Below the pieces are notes generated by a model. That model did not search any database and was not told the DNA's origin. It saw only the letters and a program-made list of their open reading frames with translations. Of a stretch of 64,000 nucleotides of DNA, positions 40,228-50,698 are shown one piece after another; position 1 is the first letter of the stretch, and every line of letters begins with the position of its first letter. A program made the position numbers and the translations under genes. Origin of the DNA: an uncultured Aliarcobacter sp. (lineage in GTDB: Bacteria > Campylobacterota > Campylobacteria > Campylobacterales > Arcobacteraceae); NCBI GenBank assembly GCA_963677435.1, contig OY781945.1:2208001-2272000 (forward strand), in the 5' to 3' direction.

Positions 40228-41456
40228 TGAACGACAATTTAAAAAACAAAGATTTATGTAAAATCAGAACCATAACTTCTTTTTTAACTTTTTCAAAAGA
40301 TAAATCAACTTGGGAAGAGAAAATAAAAGAGGCTTCATTATTTGGAGGAGACTTATCAAAAGAGTTTAACCAAAAGGGATATACAGTTCAAAGTATAAGA
40401 ATAGTTACCAATGCTTTTGGAGAGTATCTTGATACATCAACTTTGCAAAGTGCTATAAAAGATATGCAGTTTTTATCTGATTTATTAAAAAGCGATTCTA
40501 TGCCAGATATTAGAATACGATTTGCAATAGGTGAAGCAAAAACTTCAAATGAAATAGAAATGTTGCCAATACTAGTACAAAGATTTGGAGATTTGTGTAA
40601 TGTTTGTGTTAATGTTGGAGTTGATGAGTTGGGAGTTCCAGATGCAATTAAAACCTTAGAGTGTGCAAAAGTAGTTAAAGAAATAGCCAAAATAACACCA
40701 AATGGTGAGGGTAATTTTAACTTTACTATAAATTATAACTGTAAACCATTAATCCCCTACTTTCCAGCTTCTTATCATAATAGTAACGATGAAGATTGTT
40801 TCGCATTAGGACTTGAAACCCCTGATTTACTAGTAGTGGCTTTAAAAAGTCTGCCTGAAGAAAAAGACCATAATAAAAACTGGCAAAGTTCATATGAAAT
40901 CATGAGTAATTCTTTACAATATCATATAAATGATATTTTAAAAATAGTACATAATTTTAAACATAACTTTAAAAGAAAATTTGCAGGAATTGATACTTCA
41001 GCAGCTCCTTCTAAAAACTGTTCATCTATGGTAGATGTATATAAACTTTTGGGTGTTCCATATTTTGGAGCTTCTGGTACTATTGAAGCTTCAGCACTTT
41101 TAACAAAAGTGTTCAAAGCTCAAAAAGGCTGTGAGCTTATTGGTTTTTCTGGACTAATGTTAGCAGTTGTTGAAGATGAAGGCTTGGCACTTGCTACAAA
41201 AAATAATGAATTTGAAATACGCTCACTTCTTACATACTCATCGGTTTGTGGAATTGGACTTGATACTGTTCCTATTGAGGGAAATACCAGTGTTGAAAAG
41301 ATTGCTGATATTTGTAGAGATACTGGAACTATGGCATTTAGATTAAATAAGCCATTAACTGTAAGATTATTTCCAGTTCCTGGATTAAAAGCTGGTGATA
41401 TTACAAAATTTGAAAGTGATGACTTGTGTAATAGTGCAGTTTTATTAGTGCCATAA
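40227..41456 (+). CDS. DUF711 family protein
   Basis: IRTIT, GIDTS.AP, GFSGLML.V.ED and CGIGLDTVP...KPLTVRLFP motifs. Confidence 0.82.
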   Translation: MNDNLKNKDLCKIRTITSFLTFSKDKSTWEEKIKEASLFGGDLSKEFNQKGYTVQSIRIVTNAFGEYLDTSTLQSAIKDMQFLSDLLKSDSMPDIRIRFAIGEAKTSNEIEMLPILVQRFGDLCNVCVNVGVDELGVPDAIKTLECAKVVKEIAKITPNGEGNFNFTINYNCKPLIPYFPASYHNSNDEDCFALGLETPDLLVVALKSLPEEKDHNKNWQSSYEIMSNSLQYHINDILKIVHNFKHNFKRKFAGIDTSAAPSKNCSSMVDVYKLLGVPYFGASGTIEASALLTKVFKAQKGCELIGFSGLMLAVVEDEGLALATKNNEFEIRSLLTYSSVCGIGLDTVPIEGNTSVEKIADICRDTGTMAFRLNKPLTVRLFPVPGLKAGDITKFESDDLCNSAVLLVP

Positions 41457-41608
41457 AACATTTAATTTTAATTTCTATAATTTAAAGGAAAAATATCACT
41501 TCTGCACTGTTAAGCATAAGATCTTTTTTCTTTGTATACTTTAAAATATTATCTAATTCTAATAAATGAAATAGTAATCTATCTTCAATATTAATTGAAG
41601 GAAAGAAA

Positions 41609-42568
41609 TTGAATAGAGTATTTATAACAGATAAAATAACTGACCCTTATATAGAAAAAGAGGTTTTAGGTGAGGAATTATCATCTGAACTACATGAGAA
41701 AATAGAAGTACTTTTAGTTTGGCATAAAAAAATAACAAATGAATTTATTGATAAATTACCAAATCTAAAAGCTCTGGTTAGATATGGAGTTGGTTATGAT
41801 GTATTTGAAGATTTGGAATATATCAAACAAAAAGGCATTTATGCTTCAAATACTCCTGATTATGGAACTGACGAAGTAAGTGATACTGCAATTGCAATGA
41901 TTATGAATATTGCTCGTGGAATTACAAGATATGACTATTTATGTAGAGATTATAAAGATGGTTCTTGGCAATCAAATACTCTTAGTAATATCAAAAGAAA
42001 TAGTGATTATAAACTTGGAGTAATTGGAGCTGGAAGAATTGGTGGAAGCGTTATTTTAAAAGCAAATGCTTTGAGATTTGAAACATATTTTTATGACCCT
42101 TATTTATCAAGTGGAACAGAAAAGATGTTAGGAGCTAAAAGAGTTGATGACTTAGATGAACTACTTGCAACTTGTGATATCATCTCTATAAACTGCCCTT
42201 TAAACGCTGAAACAAATGCCCTAGTTGATGAAAAGTTTATAGCAAAAATGAAAAAAGGTGCATCAATAGTAAACACAGCACGAGGTCCTATTGTAAAAGA
42301 TTTAGATGTATTTTATGAGCCTTTAAAATCTGGACATCTAAATTGTGTAAATCTTGATGTTCTTCCAAGTGAACCACCAAAAAATGGTTTGATGATAGAT
42401 GCATGGAGAGCAAAAGAGAGTTGGCTTGATGGAAGATTTCTTATAAATCCACACTCTGCTTTTTATAGTGATAAAGCTTATTTTGAAATGAGACAAAAAG
42501 CTGCATTAAATGCAAAAAGAGTATTGGATGGGAAAAAACCAATAAATATAGTTAATGGATTAAAATAG
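41609..42568 (+). CDS. D-isomer 2-hydroxyacid dehydrogenase (CtBP-like)
   Basis: RYGVGYD, GAGRIG, VNTARG, DV..SEP and NPHSAFYS motifs; TTG start after AAGGA. Confidence 0.88.
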   Translation: MNRVFITDKITDPYIEKEVLGEELSSELHEKIEVLLVWHKKITNEFIDKLPNLKALVRYGVGYDVFEDLEYIKQKGIYASNTPDYGTDEVSDTAIAMIMNIARGITRYDYLCRDYKDGSWQSNTLSNIKRNSDYKLGVIGAGRIGGSVILKANALRFETYFYDPYLSSGTEKMLGAKRVDDLDELLATCDIISINCPLNAETNALVDEKFIAKMKKGASIVNTARGPIVKDLDVFYEPLKSGHLNCVNLDVLPSEPPKNGLMIDAWRAKESWLDGRFLINPHSAFYSDKAYFEMRQKAALNAKRVLDGKKPINIVNGLK

Positions 42569-42628
42569 CAATTTTTTACTATATTTAATTTAATTCATTC
42601 TCTATAATACTCATTTTAAGGAGAGAGG

Positions 42629-43519
42629 ATGAATTTAAAAAGTACATTATTAGCATTAATTGTTGTTTTAATTTGGGGAGTTAATTTCTCAGTTATAAAA
42701 TTCGGATTAGAAGAGTTACCTCCTATACTTTTTTCATCTTTGAGATTTTTCATAGTGGCTATTCCTGCTGTATTTTTTATACCTTTTCCTAAAACATCTG
42801 TTTGGAATGTTTTAGGAGTAGGACTGTTTTTAGGTGTTTTAAAATTCTCATTTTTATTTATTGCCATGAAAGCAGATGCAAGTGCTGGAATTTCATCTTT
42901 ACTTTTACAAGCACAAGTTATATTTACAATAATCCTTAGTATGATTATTTTTAAAGAAAAAGTTTCAAATGCACAACTAATAGGTATGATGATTGCTCTT
43001 TATGGTTTTGGATTTTTCTTTTTTACAGTTGATACAAATATCACTCTTTTAGGTATAGTTTTAATACTAAGTGCTGCTGTTTTTTGGTCAATATCAAATG
43101 TAATTATGAAACAGATAAAAGATGTAAATCTTTTACATTTTATGGTTTGGGTAAGTTTAATTCCACCACTTCCATTATTTATACTTTCATATATTTATGA
43201 ATCACATGAGCCTTTAACTTTATTATTAAACTCTAGTGTTAAAACTTGGGCTTCAGTCGCATATACTGGGTATATTTCTACCTTGGTAGCTTTTACTATT
43301 TGGGGTTGGTTACTTAAAAACTATAACTCTGCTGTTGTTACACCTTTTGCATTAGTTATACCTGTTATTGGGATTATTAGTTCGAATATTTTACTTAATG
43401 AGCAACTAAATCAAATAGAGGAAATAGGAGCTATTTTAATATTATTTGGATTGTTTATTTCCGTGTTGGGAAATAAGATTTATAAGTTAGTTTTTAAAAT
43501 AGATAAAAGAAGAGTCTAA
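42629..43519 (+). CDS. EamA/DMT family exporter (YdeD-like)
   Basis: IWGVNF..IK.GL...PP, LLQAQVIFT and PFALVIPV motifs; about 10 TM helices. Confidence 0.88.
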   Translation: MNLKSTLLALIVVLIWGVNFSVIKFGLEELPPILFSSLRFFIVAIPAVFFIPFPKTSVWNVLGVGLFLGVLKFSFLFIAMKADASAGISSLLLQAQVIFTIILSMIIFKEKVSNAQLIGMMIALYGFGFFFFTVDTNITLLGIVLILSAAVFWSISNVIMKQIKDVNLLHFMVWVSLIPPLPLFILSYIYESHEPLTLLLNSSVKTWASVAYTGYISTLVAFTIWGWLLKNYNSAVVTPFALVIPVIGIISSNILLNEQLNQIEEIGAILILFGLFISVLGNKIYKLVFKIDKRRV

Positions 43520-43530
43520 ACTCTTCTTTT
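43505..43530. terminator. Bidirectional hairpin between the convergent EamA and symporter genes
   Basis: AAAAGAAGAGT-CTAA-ACTCTTCTTTT. Confidence 0.6.
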
Positions 43531-44766
43531 TTATACTGCTTCTAATTTATCTTTTTTATTATTAAAATTATCAACTATAACAGCACAAACGGCATCACCT
43601 GTGATATTTAAAGTTGTTCTTGTCATATCAAACATTCTGTCTAGTGCAAAAAGTAAAGGTAAACCTTCTATTGGAATACCAGCAGCAATTAATACAGCAA
43701 CCACTAAAAATGAAGGACCTGGAACTCCAGCTTGCCCAATTGCACCAATAGTTGCAGTAAAGATAATAGCTACATAAGCACCAAAACCTAAATCTATATT
43801 ATAAACTTGAGCAAAGAAAATTGCCACTAAACCATAATAAATAGCATTTCCACTCATATTAATAGTAGCACCCAAAGGAAGAACAAATGAACATGTTGAT
43901 TTAGAGATTTTTAAATCATCTTCACAAGTTTTCATATTAACAGGAAGTGTTGCCATTGATGAAGCTGTTGAAAGTGCCACAATTTGAGGTTTTTTCATAG
44001 CAGAAAGAAATTCAAGTACTGGCATTTTTGAAAATAATTTTATTAATAAAGGATAAAATCCATATCCATAAAATAATAAAGCTCCAATATATACAATAAA
44101 TAATTTTCCAACAAGTTCCAACATATCAAAACCATAAGTACCAACAGAATCAGCCATAAGACCAAATACCCCAATTGGAGCTAGGAACATCACAACTGTT
44201 ACCATCCAAATTAATGCTTGAGTTATTGCCTCTAAGCCATTTAAAATTCCAACACTTTTTTCTTTTGGTACTTTTGAAAGAGCAATACCAAAAAATAGAC
44301 AAAATACTAAAATTTGAAGAATATTTGCATCAATAAGAGATTGGAATATATTTGTAGGAATCATTCCAATTACTGTTTCAATTGCACTTGGTAATTGACC
44401 TTTATCCGCATATTGATTTGAGAACATATGATTAACACTACTTAAATCAAGTCCAACACCTGGCTTAAATATTTCACCAGCAAAAATTGCAACTGCAACG
44501 GCAAAAGCAGAAGAAACTAGGAAAAAAGTAATTGTTCCGATTCCTACTTTTCCAGCACTTGGACTATCACTTAAATTTGCAGCACCAGAAATAATTGAAA
44601 TAACAATTAATGGTATAACTAACATTTTAATTAAATGAATAAATATTGTACCTAAAGGAGCAAACACAGATGCACCCTCACCCATCATAACACCTACAAT
44701 AGTACCCAAAATCATCGCAATCAAAATTTGAAATCCGATATTTCTAAATAACGATTTCTTTTTCAT
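43531..44766 (-). CDS. Dicarboxylate/amino acid:cation symporter (DAACS family)
   Basis: STASSMATLP, LGATINMSG, AGVPG and DMTRTTLNITGD motifs. Confidence 0.92.
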   Translation of the reverse strand: MKKKSLFRNIGFQILIAMILGTIVGVMMGEGASVFAPLGTIFIHLIKMLVIPLIVISIISGAANLSDSPSAGKVGIGTITFFLVSSAFAVAVAIFAGEIFKPGVGLDLSSVNHMFSNQYADKGQLPSAIETVIGMIPTNIFQSLIDANILQILVFCLFFGIALSKVPKEKSVGILNGLEAITQALIWMVTVVMFLAPIGVFGLMADSVGTYGFDMLELVGKLFIVYIGALLFYGYGFYPLLIKLFSKMPVLEFLSAMKKPQIVALSTASSMATLPVNMKTCEDDLKISKSTCSFVLPLGATINMSGNAIYYGLVAIFFAQVYNIDLGFGAYVAIIFTATIGAIGQAGVPGPSFLVVAVLIAAGIPIEGLPLLFALDRMFDMTRTTLNITGDAVCAVIVDNFNNKKDKLEAV

Positions 44767-44844
44767 GTAGCCCCTTTTTATATATTTTAGTAATAAACTA
44801 TAACTTTTTGAAGTGTATAAAAAGTAGTGTTCATTTTATATTAA

Positions 44845-45696
44845 TCAATGTCCTCTTCCAAGCATTTCAGTAGCTTCTGTGATTATTAAAAATCCATCTG
44901 GATCATTTTTCTTCACAATCTCTCTTAATTTCTGTAGTTTATCTACCTTTACTACAATTAAAATCATTTTTTTATCTTGATTATCAAACAGACCATCACC
45001 TCTTATTATTGTTCCTTCAGGACCTAATTCTTCTCTTATAATTTCTTTAAGAATTTGAGTCTTTTGAGTTACTAAATAAACTACTTTTTTATTTAAATTA
45101 CCAGTTAAAATAACATCGATTATTTTTGCAGTAATATAAATACTAACTATACTCCATAATACTTTTTTTGTATCTTCAAGTATAAATAAAGATGAAAAAA
45201 TAATCAAAAAATCAATTACCAAAATAACTTGACCTGGTTTAATCTCTGTTTTTGATGAAATAATTCTTGCCAATATTGTTGAACCACCAGCTGTAGAATT
45301 TCCTTTAATAGTAAAGGCTAAGCCAATACCTACAAAAATACCACCAAATATTGCGCCCAAAGCATCATCCATAACAAAAGGTTTTACATGAACTATTTGA
45401 GTTAAAAAATCAATAAATACAGATATTAAAATAATAGTCAAAATAGTTCGAACAGCGAACATTTTCCCAAGATATTTAATCCCTATTAATATCAAAGGTA
45501 AATTAATCAAAACAATAATAGTTCCAATTGTTAGATTTGTCATATAGTGAACTAATAATGCCAGACCAGCAGAACCACCAGTAATTAGTTCGTTAGGTGC
45601 AAAAAAGCCAACTACTGATAGAGATAAAAAAATTGAACCTATTACTATAAAAGCATAGTTTTTAAGTTCTTCCATTGAAAAAAAAGTATTCATCAC
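44845..45696 (-). CDS. YitT family membrane protein
   Basis: TGGSAG, INLPL, STAGG and DPDGFL...EMLGRG motifs. Confidence 0.88.
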   Translation of the reverse strand: MMNTFFSMEELKNYAFIVIGSIFLSLSVVGFFAPNELITGGSAGLALLVHYMTNLTIGTIIVLINLPLILIGIKYLGKMFAVRTILTIILISVFIDFLTQIVHVKPFVMDDALGAIFGGIFVGIGLAFTIKGNSTAGGSTILARIISSKTEIKPGQVILVIDFLIIFSSLFILEDTKKVLWSIVSIYITAKIIDVILTGNLNKKVVYLVTQKTQILKEIIREELGPEGTIIRGDGLFDNQDKKMILIVVKVDKLQKLREIVKKNDPDGFLIITEATEMLGRGH

Positions 45697-45780
45697 AATC
45701 CTATTAATAATTTTATAAAATTTTAGCCGTTTCTCTTTGATAGAATGATTATTTCGGTATTTAGCAATTTATTTTTAACA

Positions 45781-45814
45781 AAAAAAAGGGAAGAGGCAAA
45801 GCCTCTCCCCTTTT
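45781..45814 (-). terminator. Intrinsic terminator of acnB
   Basis: AAAAAAAGGGAAGAGGC-AAA-GCCTCTCCCCTTTT; U-tract on the minus strand. Confidence 0.8.
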
Positions 45815-45834
45815 GTACAGCTTAAAAATAACTA

Positions 45835-48408
45835 TTAAGAGTGTACTAAGTTTTTTAATTGTGCAGGAGTAACTTGGTGGAAGTTTAAGTATTTATAAAC
45901 ACCCTCTCTGTTTTTCTCTGTAATTTTTTTAGGTACGATTTCCATATATTCTTCAACAGATGGTAATCTTCCTAAAAGTGCAGTAACCGCAGCAACTTCA
46001 GCAGAACCTAAATAAACTTGAGAACCTTTTCCTAGTCTATTATCAAAGTTTCTTGTAGATGTTGAGAATACAGCAGCACCTTCAGATACTTGTGCTTGGT
46101 TACCCATACATAAAGAACATCCAGGTATTTCAAGTCTTGCACCAGCTGCTGCAAAGATTGAGTAGTAACCCTCTTCTGTTAATTGCTCTTTATCCATTTT
46201 TGTTGGTGGTGCAACCCATAATTTAGCTGGAACTTCACCCTCACCTTTAAGTACTTCTCCTAAAGCTCTAAATAATCCGATATTAGTCATACAAGAACCT
46301 ACGAATACTTCGTCGATTTTTTTAAGTCTTTTTGGATCATTATTGATGTTTGTTAATGTATCAACATCATCTGGATCATTTGGACAAGCTAAGATTGGCT
46401 CAGTAATTGTATTTAAATCAATCTCGATGATTGCTTTATATTCAGCATCAGCATCAGGAGTTAATAATACTGGATTTTTGATCCATTCTTTCATTTTATC
46501 AGCTCTTCTTTGAAGAGTTTTAGCGTCTTCATAACCCTCTTCAATCATTTTTTCAATTAAAGCAATATTTGAAGATAGATACTCAATAATTGGTTCTTTA
46601 TCTAATTGAACAGAACAAGCTGCTGCTGATCTTTCTGCTGCTGAATCTGATAATTCGAATGCTTGCTCAACTTTTAAGTCTGGTAAACCTTGAATTTCAA
46701 TAATTGTTCCAGCAAATACATTTTTCTTACCTTTTTTCTCAACAGTTAATAAACCATCTTGAATAGCTTGGTAAGGAATAGCATTAACTAAATCTCTTAA
46801 AGTAATACCTGGTTGCATTTCACCTTTGAATCTTACTAATACAGATTCTGGCATAGTTAAAGGCATCATACCTGTAACTCCAGCAAATGCTATAAGACCA
46901 GATCCAGCTGGGAATGAAATACCAATTGGGAATCTTGTATGTGAATCTCCACCAGTACCTACTGTATCTGGTAAACATAATCTATTTAACCATGAGTGAA
47001 TAACACCATCACCTGGTCTTAATGTAACTCCACCTCTTGAAGAGATGAACTCTGGTAAAGTATGTCTTAATTTAATGTCAGCTGGTTTTGGATAAGCAGC
47101 TGTATGACAGAATGATTGCATAACCATATCAGCACCAAAAGAAAGTGCAGCAAGTTCTTTAATCTCATCTCTAGTCATTGGTCCAGTTGTATCTTGAGAT
47201 CCTACAGTTGTAGCGATTGGCTCTACATACATACCAGGTTTAACACCTTCAACACCACAAGCTTTTCCTACCATTTTTTGAGCTTGAGTAAATCCTTTAC
47301 CATTATCAGCTGGTTGAGAAGCTGCGATAAATGCAGTTGAAGCACCTAATCCTAAAGCTTCTCTAGCTTTTGCAGTTAAACCTTTACCAATAATTAATGG
47401 AATTCTTCCCCCTGCTCTCATTTCGTCTGTTAATGTATTTGGAGCTAAAGTAAATTTAGAAACAACAGCACCATCTTTTTCAATTACACCAGCGTATGGT
47501 TTAATTGTAATAACATCACCAGTTTCTAAAGCATCTACTGAAGCTTCGATTGGTAAACATCCTGAATCTTCTGCAGTATTGAAGAAAATTGGAGCGATGA
47601 TTGAACCTAATACAACCCCACCAGTTCTTTTATTTGGAACACCTGGGATGTCTCTTCCCATATGCCATTGAACTGAGTTGATACCTGATTTTCTTGAAGA
47701 TCCAGTTCCAACAACATCACCAACATATGCTAAAGGGTGACCTTTTGTTTTTAATTCAGCCATTTTTTCTAATGGTTTTTCCATTCTTGATTGTAACATT
47801 GCAGTTGCATGTAATGGAATATCAGATCTTGTAAATGCAACAGTTGCAGGAGATAAATCATCTGTATTTGTTTCACCAGGAATTTTATATACAGTTAGAG
47901 TCATTTCTTCTTCTAAAGCAGGTTTATTAGTAAACCATTCAGCATTTGCCCATGATTCGATAACTTCTTTAGCTTTTGCATTTCCAGCGTCCATTAATTC
48001 TTTTACATCGTTGAATGCATTATAAACTAGGATAGTATTTTTTAATTCATTTGCTGCTGCATCTGCAACTTCAGCAATTTTTAATGCTTCAACAAGTGGA
48101 GTAACATTAAATCCACCCATCATTGTTCCTAAAATTTCAATTGCTTGAACTTTAGAAATTACAGAACAAGTTACATTTCCTTGAACAATGTCATTTAAAA
48201 ATGCAGCTTTTACATAAGCAGCATCATCAACACCTGGGTTGATTTTGTTTGTAAATAAATCTAAACAGTATTCAGCTTCAACAACAGGATTAGCTTTTAA
48301 TAATTCTACTAATTCAGCAGTTTGTTCAGCAGTTAAAGGTAATGCAGGTAATCCACCCTCATTAAGTCTTTCTTGCGAATGTGCTTTATAATTTGCTAAT
48401 AAACTCAT
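45835..48408 (-). CDS. acnB: Aconitate hydratase B
   Basis: [37 protein letters not shown] and [10 protein letters not shown] motifs. Confidence 0.98.
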   Translation of the reverse strand: MSLLANYKAHSQERLNEGGLPALPLTAEQTAELVELLKANPVVEAEYCLDLFTNKINPGVDDAAYVKAAFLNDIVQGNVTCSVISKVQAIEILGTMMGGFNVTPLVEALKIAEVADAAANELKNTILVYNAFNDVKELMDAGNAKAKEVIESWANAEWFTNKPALEEEMTLTVYKIPGETNTDDLSPATVAFTRSDIPLHATAMLQSRMEKPLEKMAELKTKGHPLAYVGDVVGTGSSRKSGINSVQWHMGRDIPGVPNKRTGGVVLGSIIAPIFFNTAEDSGCLPIEASVDALETGDVITIKPYAGVIEKDGAVVSKFTLAPNTLTDEMRAGGRIPLIIGKGLTAKAREALGLGASTAFIAASQPADNGKGFTQAQKMVGKACGVEGVKPGMYVEPIATTVGSQDTTGPMTRDEIKELAALSFGADMVMQSFCHTAAYPKPADIKLRHTLPEFISSRGGVTLRPGDGVIHSWLNRLCLPDTVGTGGDSHTRFPIGISFPAGSGLIAFAGVTGMMPLTMPESVLVRFKGEMQPGITLRDLVNAIPYQAIQDGLLTVEKKGKKNVFAGTIIEIQGLPDLKVEQAFELSDSAAERSAAACSVQLDKEPIIEYLSSNIALIEKMIEEGYEDAKTLQRRADKMKEWIKNPVLLTPDADAEYKAIIEIDLNTITEPILACPNDPDDVDTLTNINNDPKRLKKIDEVFVGSCMTNIGLFRALGEVLKGEGEVPAKLWVAPPTKMDKEQLTEEGYYSIFAAAGARLEIPGCSLCMGNQAQVSEGAAVFSTSTRNFDNRLGKGSQVYLGSAEVAAVTALLGRLPSVEEYMEIVPKKITEKNREGVYKYLNFHQVTPAQLKNLVHS

Positions 48409-48443
48409 ATATTATCTCCTCTTTATTTTAGAAAGTTTGGTTT

Positions 48444-48452
48444 ATTATATCA
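48444..48452 (-). promoter_or_regulatory. Extended -10 promoter of acnB
   Basis: TGATATAAT on the minus strand about 35 nt upstream of the start. Confidence 0.55.
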
Positions 48453-48707
48453 CAAAGAAAAAAATTAGTATGTACAATTTTTGTAAAGAATTGTACAAGT
48501 CTTTATTTATGTAAACAAAAGTTACACTATGGGTAAAAAGAGAGATTAAATAATTTTCTTATACTATATAATTGTACTATAATCATCCTATTGATGTACA
48601 ATTATTGTACATAATATTTATTCTTTGCTCAATATGTTTTTTGTACTATAATAATTAAGTTACAATAAAAAATTAATCAAATTCTATTAAAAAATAAAGA
48701 GTAAAAA

Positions 48708-49148
48708 ATGATACAAGAACTTCAAAATAAACTTTACAATGAGATTCCACTAACAAAAATGATGGAATTACAAATCAAAGATTATAATATAAATGAGTTA
48801 ATAACCACAGCTCCACTTGAGCCAAATATAAATGACAAAGGTACAGCTTTTGGTGGAAGTTTATCAACTTTAAGCATCATAAGTGCATGGAGCGTATGTT
48901 GGTTAGTTTCAAGAGAGTTAGGCTTTGATTCAAATAATATTGTAATCATAAAAAATGAAACTAGCTTTAGAAAACCAGTAATAAAAAAGATAATTTGCCA
49001 TACAAAAAAACCATCTATTCAAGAAATAGAAATATTAAAACAAAAATTAGAAAATAAAAAAAGTGCTTCTATAAAAATAGAATCACAAATAATTGAAGAT
49101 GGAAAGATATGTGTTGATTTTGTGGGATATTATGTTATTAAAGTATAA
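48708..49148 (+). CDS. YiiD C-terminal-like hotdog-fold (thioesterase) protein
   Basis: IPLTKMM, APLEPNINDKGTAFGGS and F.G.Y motifs. Confidence 0.85.
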   Translation: MIQELQNKLYNEIPLTKMMELQIKDYNINELITTAPLEPNINDKGTAFGGSLSTLSIISAWSVCWLVSRELGFDSNNIVIIKNETSFRKPVIKKIICHTKKPSIQEIEILKQKLENKKSASIKIESQIIEDGKICVDFVGYYVIKV

Positions 49149-49170
49149 ATAAACAGAAGCTTCTTAGCTT

Positions 49171-49281
49171 CTATTTACTTAAGAAAGTAGATTTTTTCTC
49201 TTTTTTATCATTTCTTTTTTCTTTTAAAGATTTTTCAGATTTTTTCTTAACTTCTTTTTGAGAGTCTTTACCTTTTGCCAT
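49171..49281 (-). CDS. Small Lys-rich protein (36 aa)
   Basis: AAGGA RBS then MAKGKDSQKEVKKKSEKSLKEKRNDKKEKKSTFLSK. Confidence 0.65.
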   Translation of the reverse strand: MAKGKDSQKEVKKKSEKSLKEKRNDKKEKKSTFLSK

Positions 49282-49419
49282 TTTATTTCCTTTATTTAAA
49301 TTTATTAGTACTATTACAAAAACATTGTATCTGAATAAATAGATTATAACTTCATAATTAATTTTTATGTACAATCTAAAACAATTAATATTTGTATATA
49401 TTTATTAAAAGGTTTTAAA

Positions 49420-49959
49420 ATGATTGATTCAACAAATATGAAAATAGCTAAACTTGGTGAAAAAGTTTTGAGAAAAAAAGCTAAAAAAGTAAAAGATGTA
49501 AAAAGTGAAGAGACAAAAGAGATAATTTCAATTATGAGTGATACTTTAAAAAAATCAAATGGAGTTGGCCTTGCTGCTCCTCAAATCTCTATTTCAAAGC
49601 AGATAATGATTATTTCATCAAAACCAAATGATAGATACCCAAATGCTCCATTGATGCAAGAGTTAGTTTTAATAAATCCCCAAATAATAAAAACTTCAAG
49701 GGCCAAAAACAGAGATTGGGAAGGATGTCTTAGTATTCCAGGAATTAGAGCCAGAGTTCCTAGATTTAATAAAATAAAAGTAAAATACAAAACTTCAGAT
49801 GATGAAGAAAAAACTATTGTCTTTAAAGATTTTGTAGCTAGAATTTTTCAACATGAGTATGACCATTTAATTGGACTTGCCTATATTGATAGAGTTGAAT
49901 CAAATAAAGATATCATAAGTGAAGAAGTTTATTTAAAAAAAATCAAGGAAAAAAAATGA
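49420..49959 (+). CDS. def: Peptide deformylase
   Basis: GVGLAAPQ, EGCLS and QHEYDH motifs. Confidence 0.95.
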   Translation: MIDSTNMKIAKLGEKVLRKKAKKVKDVKSEETKEIISIMSDTLKKSNGVGLAAPQISISKQIMIISSKPNDRYPNAPLMQELVLINPQIIKTSRAKNRDWEGCLSIPGIRARVPRFNKIKVKYKTSDDEEKTIVFKDFVARIFQHEYDHLIGLAYIDRVESNKDIISEEVYLKKIKEKK

Positions 49960-50213
49960 CAAATATAGAAAAACTTGCAAAAATACTAAAAGAAGAGTTA
50001 ATCCCAGAACTTGACGAAAATCTAGAAGAGATGATGGATATTATTGATAGTGGCGATTGTTCAAAAGATGATAGGGATGAGCTTAAATATCTTGAAGAGA
50101 TGAAAGTATATTTTGATGAAGTTGAACTAGATATTGCAAACAATAACCTTACAGAAGAAGATGCTTTAGATATTTTAGAAGTTCTTGAAGAGATGAGATT
50201 GGATAAAGAGTAG
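49956..50213 (+). CDS. Small acidic hypothetical protein
   Basis: ATGA overlap with the def stop; AAGGA RBS. Confidence 0.7.
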   Translation: MTNIEKLAKILKEELIPELDENLEEMMDIIDSGDCSKDDRDELKYLEEMKVYFDEVELDIANNNLTEEDALDILEVLEEMRLDKE

Positions 50214-50217
50214 GAAA

Positions 50218-50541
50218 TTACTCTTTATTTGAAGTTAAAATACTACGAGTAGGCAAACTATTTTCAATTTTTCTATCTATAAAACTGCAAACAAAAAATA
50301 AAATCACCAACCAAATCATATAAATAATATTTAAAACCTCCTTATTTGTGACAAAATTGATTATAAATAAAGAACTAAATAGCACAAAAACAATTGATAA
50401 AAATATCCATAAAAAATATGTTTTCGTGTGTTTTAAACTAAATGTAGTAGAACAATTTGGGCAAATATGTTTTCCTAAAAGACTTTTAAAATATCTTTTT
50501 GTTGTTAGTTCAATTTTTTCGTTGCAGTTTGGACAATTCAT
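50218..50541 (-). CDS. CxxC-x20-CxxC small membrane protein (putative Zn-finger)
   Basis: CPNC-20 aa-CPNC followed by two TM helices; GAGG RBS. Confidence 0.7.
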   Translation of the reverse strand: MNCPNCNEKIELTTKRYFKSLLGKHICPNCSTTFSLKHTKTYFLWIFLSIVFVLFSSLFIINFVTNKEVLNIIYMIWLVILFFVCSFIDRKIENSLPTRSILTSNKE

Positions 50542-50698
50542 GAATTTACCTCATATTTTTATTTGCTCTTTTAATTTTATCCCAACTAGCATAAAAACAA
50601 CTCAAAATAATTTTATATTTTTTTACAAAATTATTTTTTAACCTTTCATTAACTTAAACATTATAAAATTATCTTAATAAAGTATCATAGGAGCTAAA

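Noticed and set aside
41457..41608. SD-like AAAGGA in the DUF711-dehydrogenase gap as a hidden small gene or riboswitch
   Set aside because: No canonical start at suitable spacing and no convincing secondary structure.
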